DNA of 57,244 nucleotides from Anaerolineae bacterium (GTDB taxonomy: Bacteria > Chloroflexota > Anaerolineae > Anaerolineales > UBA11657): the NCBI GenBank assembly GCA_963578565.1, contig CAUZCX010000001.1:1-57244 (forward strand), written 5' to 3'. Of the stretch, positions 1 through 8,956 are shown piece after piece. Within the stretch, counting starts at the first letter, position 1. Each line of letters starts with the position of its first letter. The translations under genes were made by a program, and so were the position numbers. The notes under the pieces were generated by a model. The model ran no database searches and was not told the origin of the DNA. It saw nothing but the letters and a program-made list of their open reading frames with translations.

Positions 1-1
1 T

Positions 2-679
2 CTGTACTCTGGATGCATGCTTACATTAGGTTTTATTTCCTTGATGTTGCCTGATAGGCACATATCCGCCAATGTTCAGTGGAGAGACGGTTTACGTTTG
101 ATTGCAGACAACCGAGCATTACGACTGTTTTTGTTAGGGATAATATGTATTGGTATAACACTGGGTATTGTTAACCAATACTTAGTTGTTTATATGAATG
201 AGTTGAATGCTTCGGCTTGGATAATTGGTGCGACTGTAGCTGTGTCTGCTTTGCCAGAAATACCCATAATGAGTTTTGCAGAGACATTCATACGTAAGTG
301 GGGCTTGCGTATAACCTATGTAGTAGGTATCAGTGCACTACCAGTGCGCTGGTTGTTCAATATGCTAGTTACTGACCCTAATATAGCATTGCCCGTGCAG
401 GCATTACATGGGGTAGCGATGAGCTCATTGCTTTGTGTCGGAGTAATATATATAGACAATGTCTTGCCCAAGACTTGGCGAGCTTCAGGGCAGGCACTTT
501 ACGTATCTAGTTTATATGGTCTTGGTCCTTCTATTGGACTTTTCTTTGCAGGATTGCTTATGAGCTCTGGAAGCACCAAACCCTTATGGGCCTTATGTTT
601 GGGTGCCGGTACAATTGGATGTTATATTGTTAATAGGGCTATGGGAGTTAGGAGTACACCGATACCCGAGGTTAGTTAA
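2..679 (+). CDS. MFS-type transporter, C-terminal part (5' end lies outside the window)
   Basis: The frame is open from nt 2, with no stop before the ATG at 17. The translation is a series of hydrophobic helices with short polar loops (LFLLGIICIGITLGIV, GATVAVSALPEIPIM, LYGLGPSIGLFFAGLL), typical of the second half of a 12-TM MFS permease. Stop TAA at 677-679. Confidence 0.7.
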   Translation: MYSGCMLTLGFISLMLPDRHISANVQWRDGLRLIADNRALRLFLLGIICIGITLGIVNQYLVVYMNELNASAWIIGATVAVSALPEIPIMSFAETFIRKWGLRITYVVGISALPVRWLFNMLVTDPNIALPVQALHGVAMSSLLCVGVIYIDNVLPKTWRASGQALYVSSLYGLGPSIGLFFAGLLMSSGSTKPLWALCLGAGTIGCYIVNRAMGVRSTPIPEVS

Positions 680-685
680 TCCACT

Positions 686-1633
686 TTGGAGCCAGAATAC
701 GTCACTTTCTCGAATCTTATTATTGACGACATCGTCCTCTGGGATGGATCGACACATATGAGCGTGCTTGGTGGTTCAGGAACGCATGCCTTAATTGGCA
801 TGCGAGTGTGGTCCCGGTCTCTGGGTTTTGTGGCTTCCGTAGGGTGCGGCACAACCGAAAGTGTCTATAGACAACCTCTAGAGGCTCTGGGGTGTGTGGA
901 CTTAAGGGCTATTGTACGCCGTGAAAACTATCAGACGGCACGCGCATGGCAGCTTTTCGAGAAGGATGGTACGAGAACCGAGGTGATGCGCACTGACCCT
1001 GCGGAATTTTTGGATAATACCCCCCGTCATGAGGAGATGCCAGATGATTATCGCAATGCAAAGGGATTTCATGTTTTGTGGGGACGCGACTTGGATGAAT
1101 TGAGCAGTCTGCTGGCAAAACTACGCAAGGGTAATCCGACAACCTGCCTGTTGTGGGAACCATCCCCAGACCACGAGAGAGGTGCACCAGATCAGTATAT
1201 GGATATACTTAGGCAGGTCGATGTTTTCTCACCCGACATGCAACAAGCGACATCGATCACAGGGCTTGAAGATGTTGCCGAAATCGCGTCCGTATTTGCT
1301 CACTGGGGCGCTCGGAACATCGCTATCCGGATGGGTGATCAGGGATCCTACGTGGCAACACAGAATGGAAAAGTATGCCATATTCCGGCTGTGGCGAAAA
1401 AGATTGTGGATGTTACCGGAGCCGGTAATGCCTACTGCGGCGGTCTGCTTGTGGGCATTACAGAGGAACTAGATATCCAGGACGCGGCACTTCGCGCTGC
1501 CGTCAGCGCTAGTTTTGCGATGGAACAATTCGGGGTTCCAACATTTGGTGACGACCTGTTCGAGGAAGCAACAACGCGAATGAGTGGGTCGAGACAGAAA
1601 ATAGTGAAGGATGATTGGAGAAAGATAACCTGA
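686..1633 (+). CDS. PfkB-family sugar/nucleoside kinase
   Basis: PfkB C-terminal anion-hole motif VDVTGAGNAYCGGLL and an N-terminal GG region (VLGGSGTHALIG). The track start is TTG at 686, so the exact start is uncertain. Confidence 0.75.
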   Translation: MEPEYVTFSNLIIDDIVLWDGSTHMSVLGGSGTHALIGMRVWSRSLGFVASVGCGTTESVYRQPLEALGCVDLRAIVRRENYQTARAWQLFEKDGTRTEVMRTDPAEFLDNTPRHEEMPDDYRNAKGFHVLWGRDLDELSSLLAKLRKGNPTTCLLWEPSPDHERGAPDQYMDILRQVDVFSPDMQQATSITGLEDVAEIASVFAHWGARNIAIRMGDQGSYVATQNGKVCHIPAVAKKIVDVTGAGNAYCGGLLVGITEELDIQDAALRAAVSASFAMEQFGVPTFGDDLFEEATTRMSGSRQKIVKDDWRKIT

Positions 1634-1682
1634 CAATGGATAAGGTCGTCATCTCATCTGATCCAGATATCGCTAACATCTC

Positions 1683-2627
1683 ATGATACAGACCCGCAAC
1701 CTGACTAAAACATATCCAGAAGTAGAAGCTGTGAAGGACGTCACCCTGAACGTGCGTAAAGGTGAGGTATACGGTTTCTTGGGTCCTAACGGCGCTGGCA
1801 AGAGCACTACAATCGCAATGCTACTCGGTTTGGAGAAACCAACATCAGGTGAACTGTCGCTTTTCGGCTACCATCTTGACAGGAATTATTTTGATATTAA
1901 GAGTGCAATTGGCGTGGTTGGTGAACGACCATTCTTTTTTGATGAAATGACGGCATGGGAATTTCTGGAATTTCACGCAGATTTGTATATGGTTGAATCC
2001 AAAATCCATCGGATATGGCAACTGCTGGAGCATGTCGGTCTCAGCGACTATGCCCACATGCGTCCCAGTGATTACTCTCGGGGCATGCGGCAGAAGTTGA
2101 GCTTTGTCCGAGCGTTACTGCACAGTCCCGATTTACTTATATTGGACGAACCTGTATCAGGGCTGGATCCACATGGGATTAGACAAATCCGCGAATTGAT
2201 TGAAGAGCAGAAGAAAGCTGGCACAACCATCTTCATTTCATCGCATGTTTTATCTGAAATCGAACGTACTGCCGATCGCATTGCAATAATGCACAAAGGT
2301 AGGCTCCTAGTGGAGGACGATCTCGATGGACTCCGCTACAGCGTGGACCAATCAACTCACGTGCAAATTGAGGTCACGCGAATCCCGGACGCACTCTCTG
2401 ATGCGCTTTCTGCTGTGCCACATGTGAAGGAGTATTGCATACAAGGTCTGCAAATAGAAATCAGCCTTGATGGCACCGCAGACTACCGCGCTGAGGTTTC
2501 TTCGGTAATTACTGCGACCGGAACCACAATCATTGGTATGCAGACTAGAAAAGCTAGTTTAGAGGAAACGTTTATGACCTTCACGGATGAGAACGTGGTT
2601 GGAATTTCTCAAGCAGGCGAAACATGA
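1683..2627 (+). CDS. ABC transporter ATP-binding protein (ABC-2 type exporter)
   Basis: Walker A GPNGAGKST, signature-like YSRGMRQKL, Walker B LLILDEP, H-loop SSHVL. The stop overlaps the next start (ATGA at 2624-2627). Confidence 0.9.
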   Translation: MIQTRNLTKTYPEVEAVKDVTLNVRKGEVYGFLGPNGAGKSTTIAMLLGLEKPTSGELSLFGYHLDRNYFDIKSAIGVVGERPFFFDEMTAWEFLEFHADLYMVESKIHRIWQLLEHVGLSDYAHMRPSDYSRGMRQKLSFVRALLHSPDLLILDEPVSGLDPHGIRQIRELIEEQKKAGTTIFISSHVLSEIERTADRIAIMHKGRLLVEDDLDGLRYSVDQSTHVQIEVTRIPDALSDALSAVPHVKEYCIQGLQIEISLDGTADYRAEVSSVITATGTTIIGMQTRKASLEETFMTFTDENVVGISQAGET

Positions 2628-3469
2628 TGATGACTGCAGTTAAGAGCGCTGAACGGATTCGAGCGGTGGTCACAATTCATAAGCGCGATATGCGTTTAGC
2701 ATTGTTTGGACCTGCCTTGCACGTGGTCACTACGTTATCAATTTTGATTGCGGTAGTTATCATAAGAAATTACCTCAATTACATAAAAGCCAATGGCATA
2801 TATCCTATGCCTGACCTATTTTCTTTCCCTTTCAGGTGGGCCATCATAGCAACGGGGGTATACCTGGCATTCTCTACAGTTGTAACCATCTCTCGTGAAC
2901 GTGAAAGCGGTACAATGGAGCTGCTGTTCTACGGACCCGTTGATCACGTTTCGTACGTATTCGGCAAGTATATGGCGCAGGTCACTCTGTACCTCATGAT
3001 TCTAGCGCTGTACACAGTATGTTTTCTGACACTCTCTTGGATGGCACGCATTCAGCTTTCTGCTAGTTTCTTTATCATGATTCTGCTATCAGTGTTCACG
3101 GGTAGTTATCTGATTGCCATAGGAATCTTTGTATCGTCTGTCTCTAGGAGTGTCAGGAATGCTACCTTAGTATTTCTGGGCATCGTAATGGGTGCGCTCT
3201 TGATTCAAGGCATACAATCCTGGCTGTCCAACATCGCGCCGGAATCCGATTACTATAACCCAGTGCTGTTGTTGCAGCAGGTGGTTAGCTGGATTCAGGT
3301 TACCCTAACGTGGTTGTCTCCATTTTCGTATCTGAACCATGGAGTTGACGAAATGCTACGGGGCAACATGAAGGCATTTGTAGGCACGATTGCACTGGCA
3401 ATTTCATTCTGTTTGATCTTTCTTGCGAGCAGCGTTCTGGGTCTTAAATTTCGCGGGGTACGCCAATGA
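2624..3469 (+). CDS. ABC-2 type transporter permease
   Basis: About 6 predicted TM segments. The gene lies directly downstream of the ATPase and is translationally coupled to it; the ATGA overlap was checked at both ends. Confidence 0.75.
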   Translation: MMMTAVKSAERIRAVVTIHKRDMRLALFGPALHVVTTLSILIAVVIIRNYLNYIKANGIYPMPDLFSFPFRWAIIATGVYLAFSTVVTISRERESGTMELLFYGPVDHVSYVFGKYMAQVTLYLMILALYTVCFLTLSWMARIQLSASFFIMILLSVFTGSYLIAIGIFVSSVSRSVRNATLVFLGIVMGALLIQGIQSWLSNIAPESDYYNPVLLLQQVVSWIQVTLTWLSPFSYLNHGVDEMLRGNMKAFVGTIALAISFCLIFLASSVLGLKFRGVRQ

Positions 3470-4821
3470 GAAAGATCATTGGTGCCTTATTAGTACTGGG
3501 GATATGCTCGGTAATTTGTGGCGCAGCCGTTGGTATGGTCTATGCGCAGAGCTCTGATGAGAAGCGCGAAGAATTCGTGTATGGAGTGAACGCTTTCAAC
3601 GGGTCTTTGTATCACGGGACATTTTACCCACCCAGTGTTGACACGCTTTACCTGCTTGCAGACGAGATCAACATTGTCTCACCGCGAAAAACTCTGCTCT
3701 ATTATTGGCCAGTTACCAACGAGTATAAAGCTGACTGGGACACGCTAAGCGAAAATGTGGAGGGTGTGCTGGAAATCATTTCGCAGGGTCAAATGATTGC
3801 TTCCCTGCAGCCTAAGGATTACGTCATTCAGTATCCAAAGGGAATAACGCGAGGCGACCCTCAGATCTTCTTGGGAGACGATGCGCAGACCAAATATGAG
3901 CAGTGGTCCGATGAGTTGCAGGCTTATCGCTTTGCTGTTGCAGCGTATTATGAGGCATCGCGTATTTTTACGGTAACACTCGACGACAAGATCGAGGCAG
4001 GTACCATAACCTCCGCCGATGACGTCCTGGTTTCAGCACCGGATAGGCCCGCTGAATTTGTGTATTCCAGTACAAAAGTGTACAGGGGTATGCCGGTCAC
4101 ATTGTCGTCTGGGAATTACGAGATTCGGTTGCGTAATGGTGAGGGAGAGATCGTAGAAAATAGCGTAAAGAAACTAGTTGTGTTTCAACGGGACAGAGTG
4201 GGTGTTGGCTACACCGTTATTCCTGAGGACAAATGGACTACTCCAGAGGATACTCAGAGGCCAGATGAGATAGTTTATGTGAGATCCAATAATGTGCTTT
4301 ATCTAGAACCTTATTTCGAGAGTGAATATAACGAGCAGTATTTCGTCCACTTGGAAGCACCTCAGGCTCCACGTTTTGGCAACGCCGGCTGGCTATGGGT
4401 AAAGGAAGGTAAGTTTGTGCCCAATGATCTGCAAATTTCACGCGGCAAGATGTGGTTGCGAGCTGTCAGCTTTGAGGACTATATGGTGCGTCAGATCCCA
4501 GGAAAAGCCCTAGGTTACGAGATTCTTGAATGGCAGGAAGGCATTTCGCAAGGCATGCGGGAAAGGTCCCCCGATTTCTCCGCATTTCGCTTGGTTGTGG
4601 ACCACCAGATTCAGGACATTGCGCTGTATCTGGTGGGCGACAATGATGTCGCTGTTGGTGGAAGCAGTAGAACCTTAGATGCGGTCAGGGAATTTGGTTC
4701 TGGCGAATTATGGCTCCCAGCATTGCTTCCAGTTGCAGTTGGGCTTGCTATAGTAGGAACCAGACGATACTCGCTCCGCAGGTATCGCGCTGTCATCACG
4801 GAAGCATCTACAGAGCAGTAA
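3466..4821 (+). CDS. Hypothetical bitopic/exported protein coupled to the ABC-2 exporter
   Basis: N-terminal signal/anchor MRKIIGALLVLGICSVICGAAVG, about 400 aa of soluble sequence with no motif I recognise, and a C-terminal TM plus basic tail (LPALLPVAVGLAIVGTRRYSLRRYR). ATGA overlap with the permease stop at 3466-3469. Confidence 0.6.
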   Translation: MRKIIGALLVLGICSVICGAAVGMVYAQSSDEKREEFVYGVNAFNGSLYHGTFYPPSVDTLYLLADEINIVSPRKTLLYYWPVTNEYKADWDTLSENVEGVLEIISQGQMIASLQPKDYVIQYPKGITRGDPQIFLGDDAQTKYEQWSDELQAYRFAVAAYYEASRIFTVTLDDKIEAGTITSADDVLVSAPDRPAEFVYSSTKVYRGMPVTLSSGNYEIRLRNGEGEIVENSVKKLVVFQRDRVGVGYTVIPEDKWTTPEDTQRPDEIVYVRSNNVLYLEPYFESEYNEQYFVHLEAPQAPRFGNAGWLWVKEGKFVPNDLQISRGKMWLRAVSFEDYMVRQIPGKALGYEILEWQEGISQGMRERSPDFSAFRLVVDHQIQDIALYLVGDNDVAVGGSSRTLDAVREFGSGELWLPALLPVAVGLAIVGTRRYSLRRYRAVITEASTEQ

Positions 4822-4974
4822 CAACATCGTTTCGTTTTGCGTGTCCTACTTAGCCACATCGTTCAGTTACTGTTGGCTCAGCATACCGGCGCGCTACGGC
4901 CCGCTCTAGAGGAAATACGAGCATAGTGCCCTAAGCATGCCTGTTGAATCACCGTAGATGGAGCGCAGCAGACG

Positions 4975-5916
4975 ATGAAAGTCCTTAGCACAGGCGATCT
5001 AGTTGCTGATCTAATTGTTCCAATTCGAGAATTGCCACTCCGTGCCGAAATGCATCAGCTCGCTAATAAACGCTTATTTGAGGCAGGAGGCAGCTGCAAT
5101 TTCCTGATAGTTGCCTCCCGATTGGGTCTAGAAACACAGGCGGTGGGAGCGGTGGGTGACGACTGGCTTGGAGACTTTGTGTTGCAACAACTGCGGGACG
5201 AATCTGTTGGAGTTGGCCACGTTTTCGTTGCTCCGAACACAGATACCACTCTATCAATTGCATTGGTCGACAGCAATGCGGAACACGTCTTTGTAGGCGC
5301 TCTGGGCCATGGACTGGACACTTACCAAATGCCCAGCAATGATGATATGTTTCTTGGGGTGGGCGCTGTGTTTTGTACTAGTTACGCTTTGAGTGACCAC
5401 TCGCTTTTTAGCCCCGCTAGTAGTATGGTAATACTCGAGCAGGCACACGAAAAGGGAACACCCATTTTCTTTGATCTGGGTCCTGCCGCCTTTTCTATAG
5501 ATAGAGGGACGATCAGGAGAGCACTCACCGCTAGCAATACCGTGCTGACTACCCAGGATGAGTTGCTGCGTTGGACAGAGTGCGCGAACACAGCACAAGC
5601 TGCCGCGGAGATTCGAAAGTTGGGGCCTGAGACACTAGTGATCAAAATGGGGAGCCGCGGTTGTACGATTGTATCAACCCATGAAGAAATAAACGTTGAA
5701 GGTTTCGAGGTTACTCCCCGTGACACTGCGGGTGCGGGGGATGCATTTGCAGCAGCTTTTGTGTACGGATACCTGAGGGGTTGTAGCTTTGCCGAAATGG
5801 GAGCAATTGCAAATGCTACAGGTGCCATTACAGTGACTCGTCTGGGAACAGGAAAACAACTTCCACAGCGTGAGGAGATATTTGACCTTCTGCAGCAACA
5901 CGGTTTCGATCTGTAG
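4975..5916 (+). CDS. PfkB-family sugar/nucleoside kinase
   Basis: DTAGAGDAFAAAFVYGYL anion-hole motif, an N-terminal beta-strand and GG region (FEAGGSCNF), ATG start. Confidence 0.8.
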   Translation: MKVLSTGDLVADLIVPIRELPLRAEMHQLANKRLFEAGGSCNFLIVASRLGLETQAVGAVGDDWLGDFVLQQLRDESVGVGHVFVAPNTDTTLSIALVDSNAEHVFVGALGHGLDTYQMPSNDDMFLGVGAVFCTSYALSDHSLFSPASSMVILEQAHEKGTPIFFDLGPAAFSIDRGTIRRALTASNTVLTTQDELLRWTECANTAQAAAEIRKLGPETLVIKMGSRGCTIVSTHEEINVEGFEVTPRDTAGAGDAFAAAFVYGYLRGCSFAEMGAIANATGAITVTRLGTGKQLPQREEIFDLLQQHGFDL

Positions 5917-5980
5917 TAAGACCTCATGAACAACCGTCAGACATGGCAATGAGTCCAGTTTCGAATAAGGAGATCGCACA

Positions 5981-7066
5981 ATGAACACAATGGATGGTAC
6001 GGTTGCATTCAATGTCCCGAAAACCGAACTACATCTTCACCTCGATGGCTCCCTAGATGAAGCGTTCATAGCTAAGCGTGCGCTGGATCGCGGAGTCACT
6101 TTGCCAGCCGCATCGGAGAAGCTGCGGCAATACTTGCATAATATGAAGAGCAAACGTGTCGACAGTGGGAGTAGCGTGCTCCCATCTGCCAATTGGCCGG
6201 CTTTTGATTTCTGCAATCAATTCTTACAGACAGAAGACGAACTAAAGGAAGCAACTTTTTCGTTGTGCAGGGCACTGAGTAATGAAAATGTCGTCGTTGC
6301 TGAGATTCGCTTTTGCCCCGAGTTGCATGTCTTGGAGGGTATGACCGTCAATGACGCGGTAAGTGCAGTGGTTTCTGGTTTTCAATTGTCTCAGCGCAAG
6401 CTGAATGTTCGCGGCGGGATCATAGTATGTGCTCTTCGCTCGTACTCGGTGGATCATTCAATTGAAATGGCAGAATTAGCTGCGGCATGGCTGGGAAATG
6501 GAGTCGTCGGATTCGATATTGCCGGAGATGAGGGGGCTTTCCCGCTCCATATTCATTCTGATAGCGTCAAAGAAGCAGTTCGCAGGCATGTGCCAACTAC
6601 CTTGCATGCAGGGGAGTGGCCGGTAGATACAGTGAAAAATATTGAGCTGGCGGTGGAGTTAGGGGCTAGCCGCATTGGTCATGCTATCACACTTTGTCAG
6701 GACCCGGAGCTAATGGAGAGGGTGGCCGCGCAAGGCATTGCGGTTGAATGTTGCTTGACTAGTAACGTTGGGTGGAAAGTTCCCTCCTATGCGGCGCATC
6801 CAATCCGCAAAATGTTCGATGCAGGGGTTCAGGTATGCATAAACTCTGACAATCTTCTTTTGTCCGGCGCCCATGATCGAGAAGCAATACCGACTGGCGA
6901 ACTGAACAGGTTGGTGAATGACGCAGGCTTTTCTTGGAAGCAAGCGAGACAAGTGCTTTTTAATGGCGTCAGCAATTCTTTCGATACCGGTTTGGATGGC
7001 GATTGGCTTACTAAGTACGAGCAAAGATTGGATCAGGCCCTGAAAACGACCCAGTCTGTAGAATGA
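5981..7066 (+). CDS. Adenosine/adenine-deaminase-family metallohydrolase (divergent C-terminal motif)
   Basis: ELHLHLDGS (HxHxDG metal site), HAGE and RIGHAI motifs. The usual (S/T)DDP block reads INSDNLL. AAGGAG Shine-Dalgarno upstream of ATG 5981. Confidence 0.8.
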   Translation: MNTMDGTVAFNVPKTELHLHLDGSLDEAFIAKRALDRGVTLPAASEKLRQYLHNMKSKRVDSGSSVLPSANWPAFDFCNQFLQTEDELKEATFSLCRALSNENVVVAEIRFCPELHVLEGMTVNDAVSAVVSGFQLSQRKLNVRGGIIVCALRSYSVDHSIEMAELAAAWLGNGVVGFDIAGDEGAFPLHIHSDSVKEAVRRHVPTTLHAGEWPVDTVKNIELAVELGASRIGHAITLCQDPELMERVAAQGIAVECCLTSNVGWKVPSYAAHPIRKMFDAGVQVCINSDNLLLSGAHDREAIPTGELNRLVNDAGFSWKQARQVLFNGVSNSFDTGLDGDWLTKYEQRLDQALKTTQSVE

Positions 7067-7770
7067 GTGTGTGCATCATGGATCATTTCAAAAACATCTA
7101 TCATACCCAGGCTGCAGAATATCACCGAATGATAGAGTTTGAAGATGTGGACGGAAATCTAAAGGAATGTGTCCAATCGTTGTTACCATCAGATGCATCC
7201 CGGGTCCTAGATATCGGCAGTGGTACCGGACGTCTGCCACTGTTGCTCAATTCTACGGGCATGGAAGTTATTGGTCTTGACCTGCACTGGGCAATGCTCC
7301 AAGAGAATCTTCGTCAGAGGGAGCGGTGGGACGGCTTGTGGGGCCTGGTTCAGGGTGACTCTCACACATTGCCAATGCGCGACGGTTCTTTTGATGTTGT
7401 CACCGCGGGATGGGTTCTAGGGCATTCATGTGCCTGGTATACCAACTGGATGGCACAGTTGAAATTAGTGTTACATGAGATGCACAGAGTGGCTGATCAT
7501 TCCGCTGTGCTGATCATTCTCGAAACACTCACCACTGGCAGTGATGTGCCTATACCTCCGACTGATGAGTTGGCTGAGTTTTATCTATGGCTCGAAAACA
7601 AATGGGGATTTGTGAAACGCGAGATCAGAACAGATTACAGTTTCAGCAATGTGAAAGAGGCAAAAACAAACATGGGTTTCTTCTTTGGTGAAGAGCTTAC
7701 GTCCAAGATAACAGAAAGGGATTGGTGCCGTGTCCCTGAATGCACGGGCATATGGAGCAAAATGACGTGA
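7063..7770 (+). CDS. Class I SAM-dependent methyltransferase
   Basis: Motif I VLDIGSGTGRL and post-I acidic GLDL. ATGA overlap with the deaminase stop (7063-7066). Confidence 0.75.
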   Translation: MSVCIMDHFKNIYHTQAAEYHRMIEFEDVDGNLKECVQSLLPSDASRVLDIGSGTGRLPLLLNSTGMEVIGLDLHWAMLQENLRQRERWDGLWGLVQGDSHTLPMRDGSFDVVTAGWVLGHSCAWYTNWMAQLKLVLHEMHRVADHSAVLIILETLTTGSDVPIPPTDELAEFYLWLENKWGFVKREIRTDYSFSNVKEAKTNMGFFFGEELTSKITERDWCRVPECTGIWSKMT

Positions 7771-7869
7771 ATAAGTTTTGGTACCTACAAGAAATGATAG
7801 TTTTTCAGCGTAATGTTTTATCGCATGTTTTAGTTTGCACTGATTCGGTAAGGAGGCTAATTCACTAGC

Positions 7870-8784
7870 GTGAGAATTGTCGTATACGGAAGCATTAATA
7901 TAGACCTGACTGCATATACGCCGACGCTCCCGATCGCTGGTGAGACCCTACTGGGACATTCTTATCTGATGTCGCTCGGAGGAAAAGGTGCTAATCAGGC
8001 GGTAGCATCAGCTCGACTGGGTGCTGAAGTTAGCCTGATAGGACACGTAGGTGATGACACTTTCGGCCAGCGAGCGATGCAACAGCTCAACGGTTATGGC
8101 GTAGATGTTTCTAGGGTAGAAACACTGACAGATCAGGGTACTGGCTTGGCTGTGATAAGTGTGGACGACAATGGCGAAAACACTATCATTGTTCTCTCTG
8201 GCGCCAATATGTATTTTGATGAGAATGATGTCGAGCGATTCCGAGATTTGTTAAGGAAGGCGCAAGTGCTTCTGATGCAACTTGAAGTCCCGGTAGGAGC
8301 AGATTTGGCGGTGGCCAAGATCGCGCATGAGGAGGGGGTCAAGGTGATTTTAGACCCTGCGCCCGCAGCGCAACTTCCGGATGAGCTCTATCACATCGCT
8401 GACATCATGACCCCGAATGAAGTCGAGACTGAAATACTGGTTGGCATTCGGCCTTCTTCACTTGATGAAGCGGCCGAGGCAGCCAACAGACTCCGGGACC
8501 GCGGTCTCGACACCGCTGTCATTACGCTTGGATCAGGAGGTACATATTGTGCTTCAGGTTCCGACAATATCCACTTGCCTGCATTTCAGGTAGATACGGT
8601 TGACACCGTGGCGGCTGGAGATGCGTTCGCAGGAGGTCTGGCTCTGGCAATCTCAGAAGGGCTTCCAATCAATCAGGCCTTGAACTGGGGTGCGGCGGCG
8701 GGTGCCCTCTGCACCACGCGCGCTGGGGCGTCGGTCGCCATGCCCGACAGAGATGAGGTTGTGAAACTGCTGGCGAGTACATAA
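7870..8784 (+). CDS. rbsK: Ribokinase
   Basis: MRIVVYGSINIDL, LGGKGANQAVA, TPNEVE and VAAGDAFAGGL are the classic ribokinase motif set. GTG start as in the track. Confidence 0.8.
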   Translation: MRIVVYGSINIDLTAYTPTLPIAGETLLGHSYLMSLGGKGANQAVASARLGAEVSLIGHVGDDTFGQRAMQQLNGYGVDVSRVETLTDQGTGLAVISVDDNGENTIIVLSGANMYFDENDVERFRDLLRKAQVLLMQLEVPVGADLAVAKIAHEEGVKVILDPAPAAQLPDELYHIADIMTPNEVETEILVGIRPSSLDEAAEAANRLRDRGLDTAVITLGSGGTYCASGSDNIHLPAFQVDTVDTVAAGDAFAGGLALAISEGLPINQALNWGAAAGALCTTRAGASVAMPDRDEVVKLLAST

Positions 8785-8906
8785 TGAGTTTTGCGTTCGC
8801 CAGACTGAACCGCGTGCATCCAAATTTCTAAGCTGTCTTCTGCCTTCGCAGTGACCCTGCCAGGGAAATCTCAGGGCTGGCGCTGTTGCGTTTCCTATCA
8901 AGAAAA

Positions 8907-8940
8907 CTGATAGCGGTTGCGTCACACTCGCTATCAGTTT
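8907..8940 (+). terminator. Candidate hairpin terminator between convergent rbsK and the kinase-Qng1 fusion gene
   Basis: Perfect 9-bp inverted repeat ctgatagcg (8907-8915) / cgctatcag (8929-8937) followed by ttt. The loop is long (13 nt), so the call is weak. Confidence 0.35.
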
Positions 8941-8956
8941 CGCAATTGTGTGGATA

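Noticed and set aside
5382-5933. 183-aa minus-strand ORF, plus several 60-115-aa ORFs, overlapping the PfkB kinase at 4975-5916.
   Set aside because: The + strand frame carries the full PfkB motif set. The antisense frames have no motifs and a Cys/Ser/Arg-rich composition.
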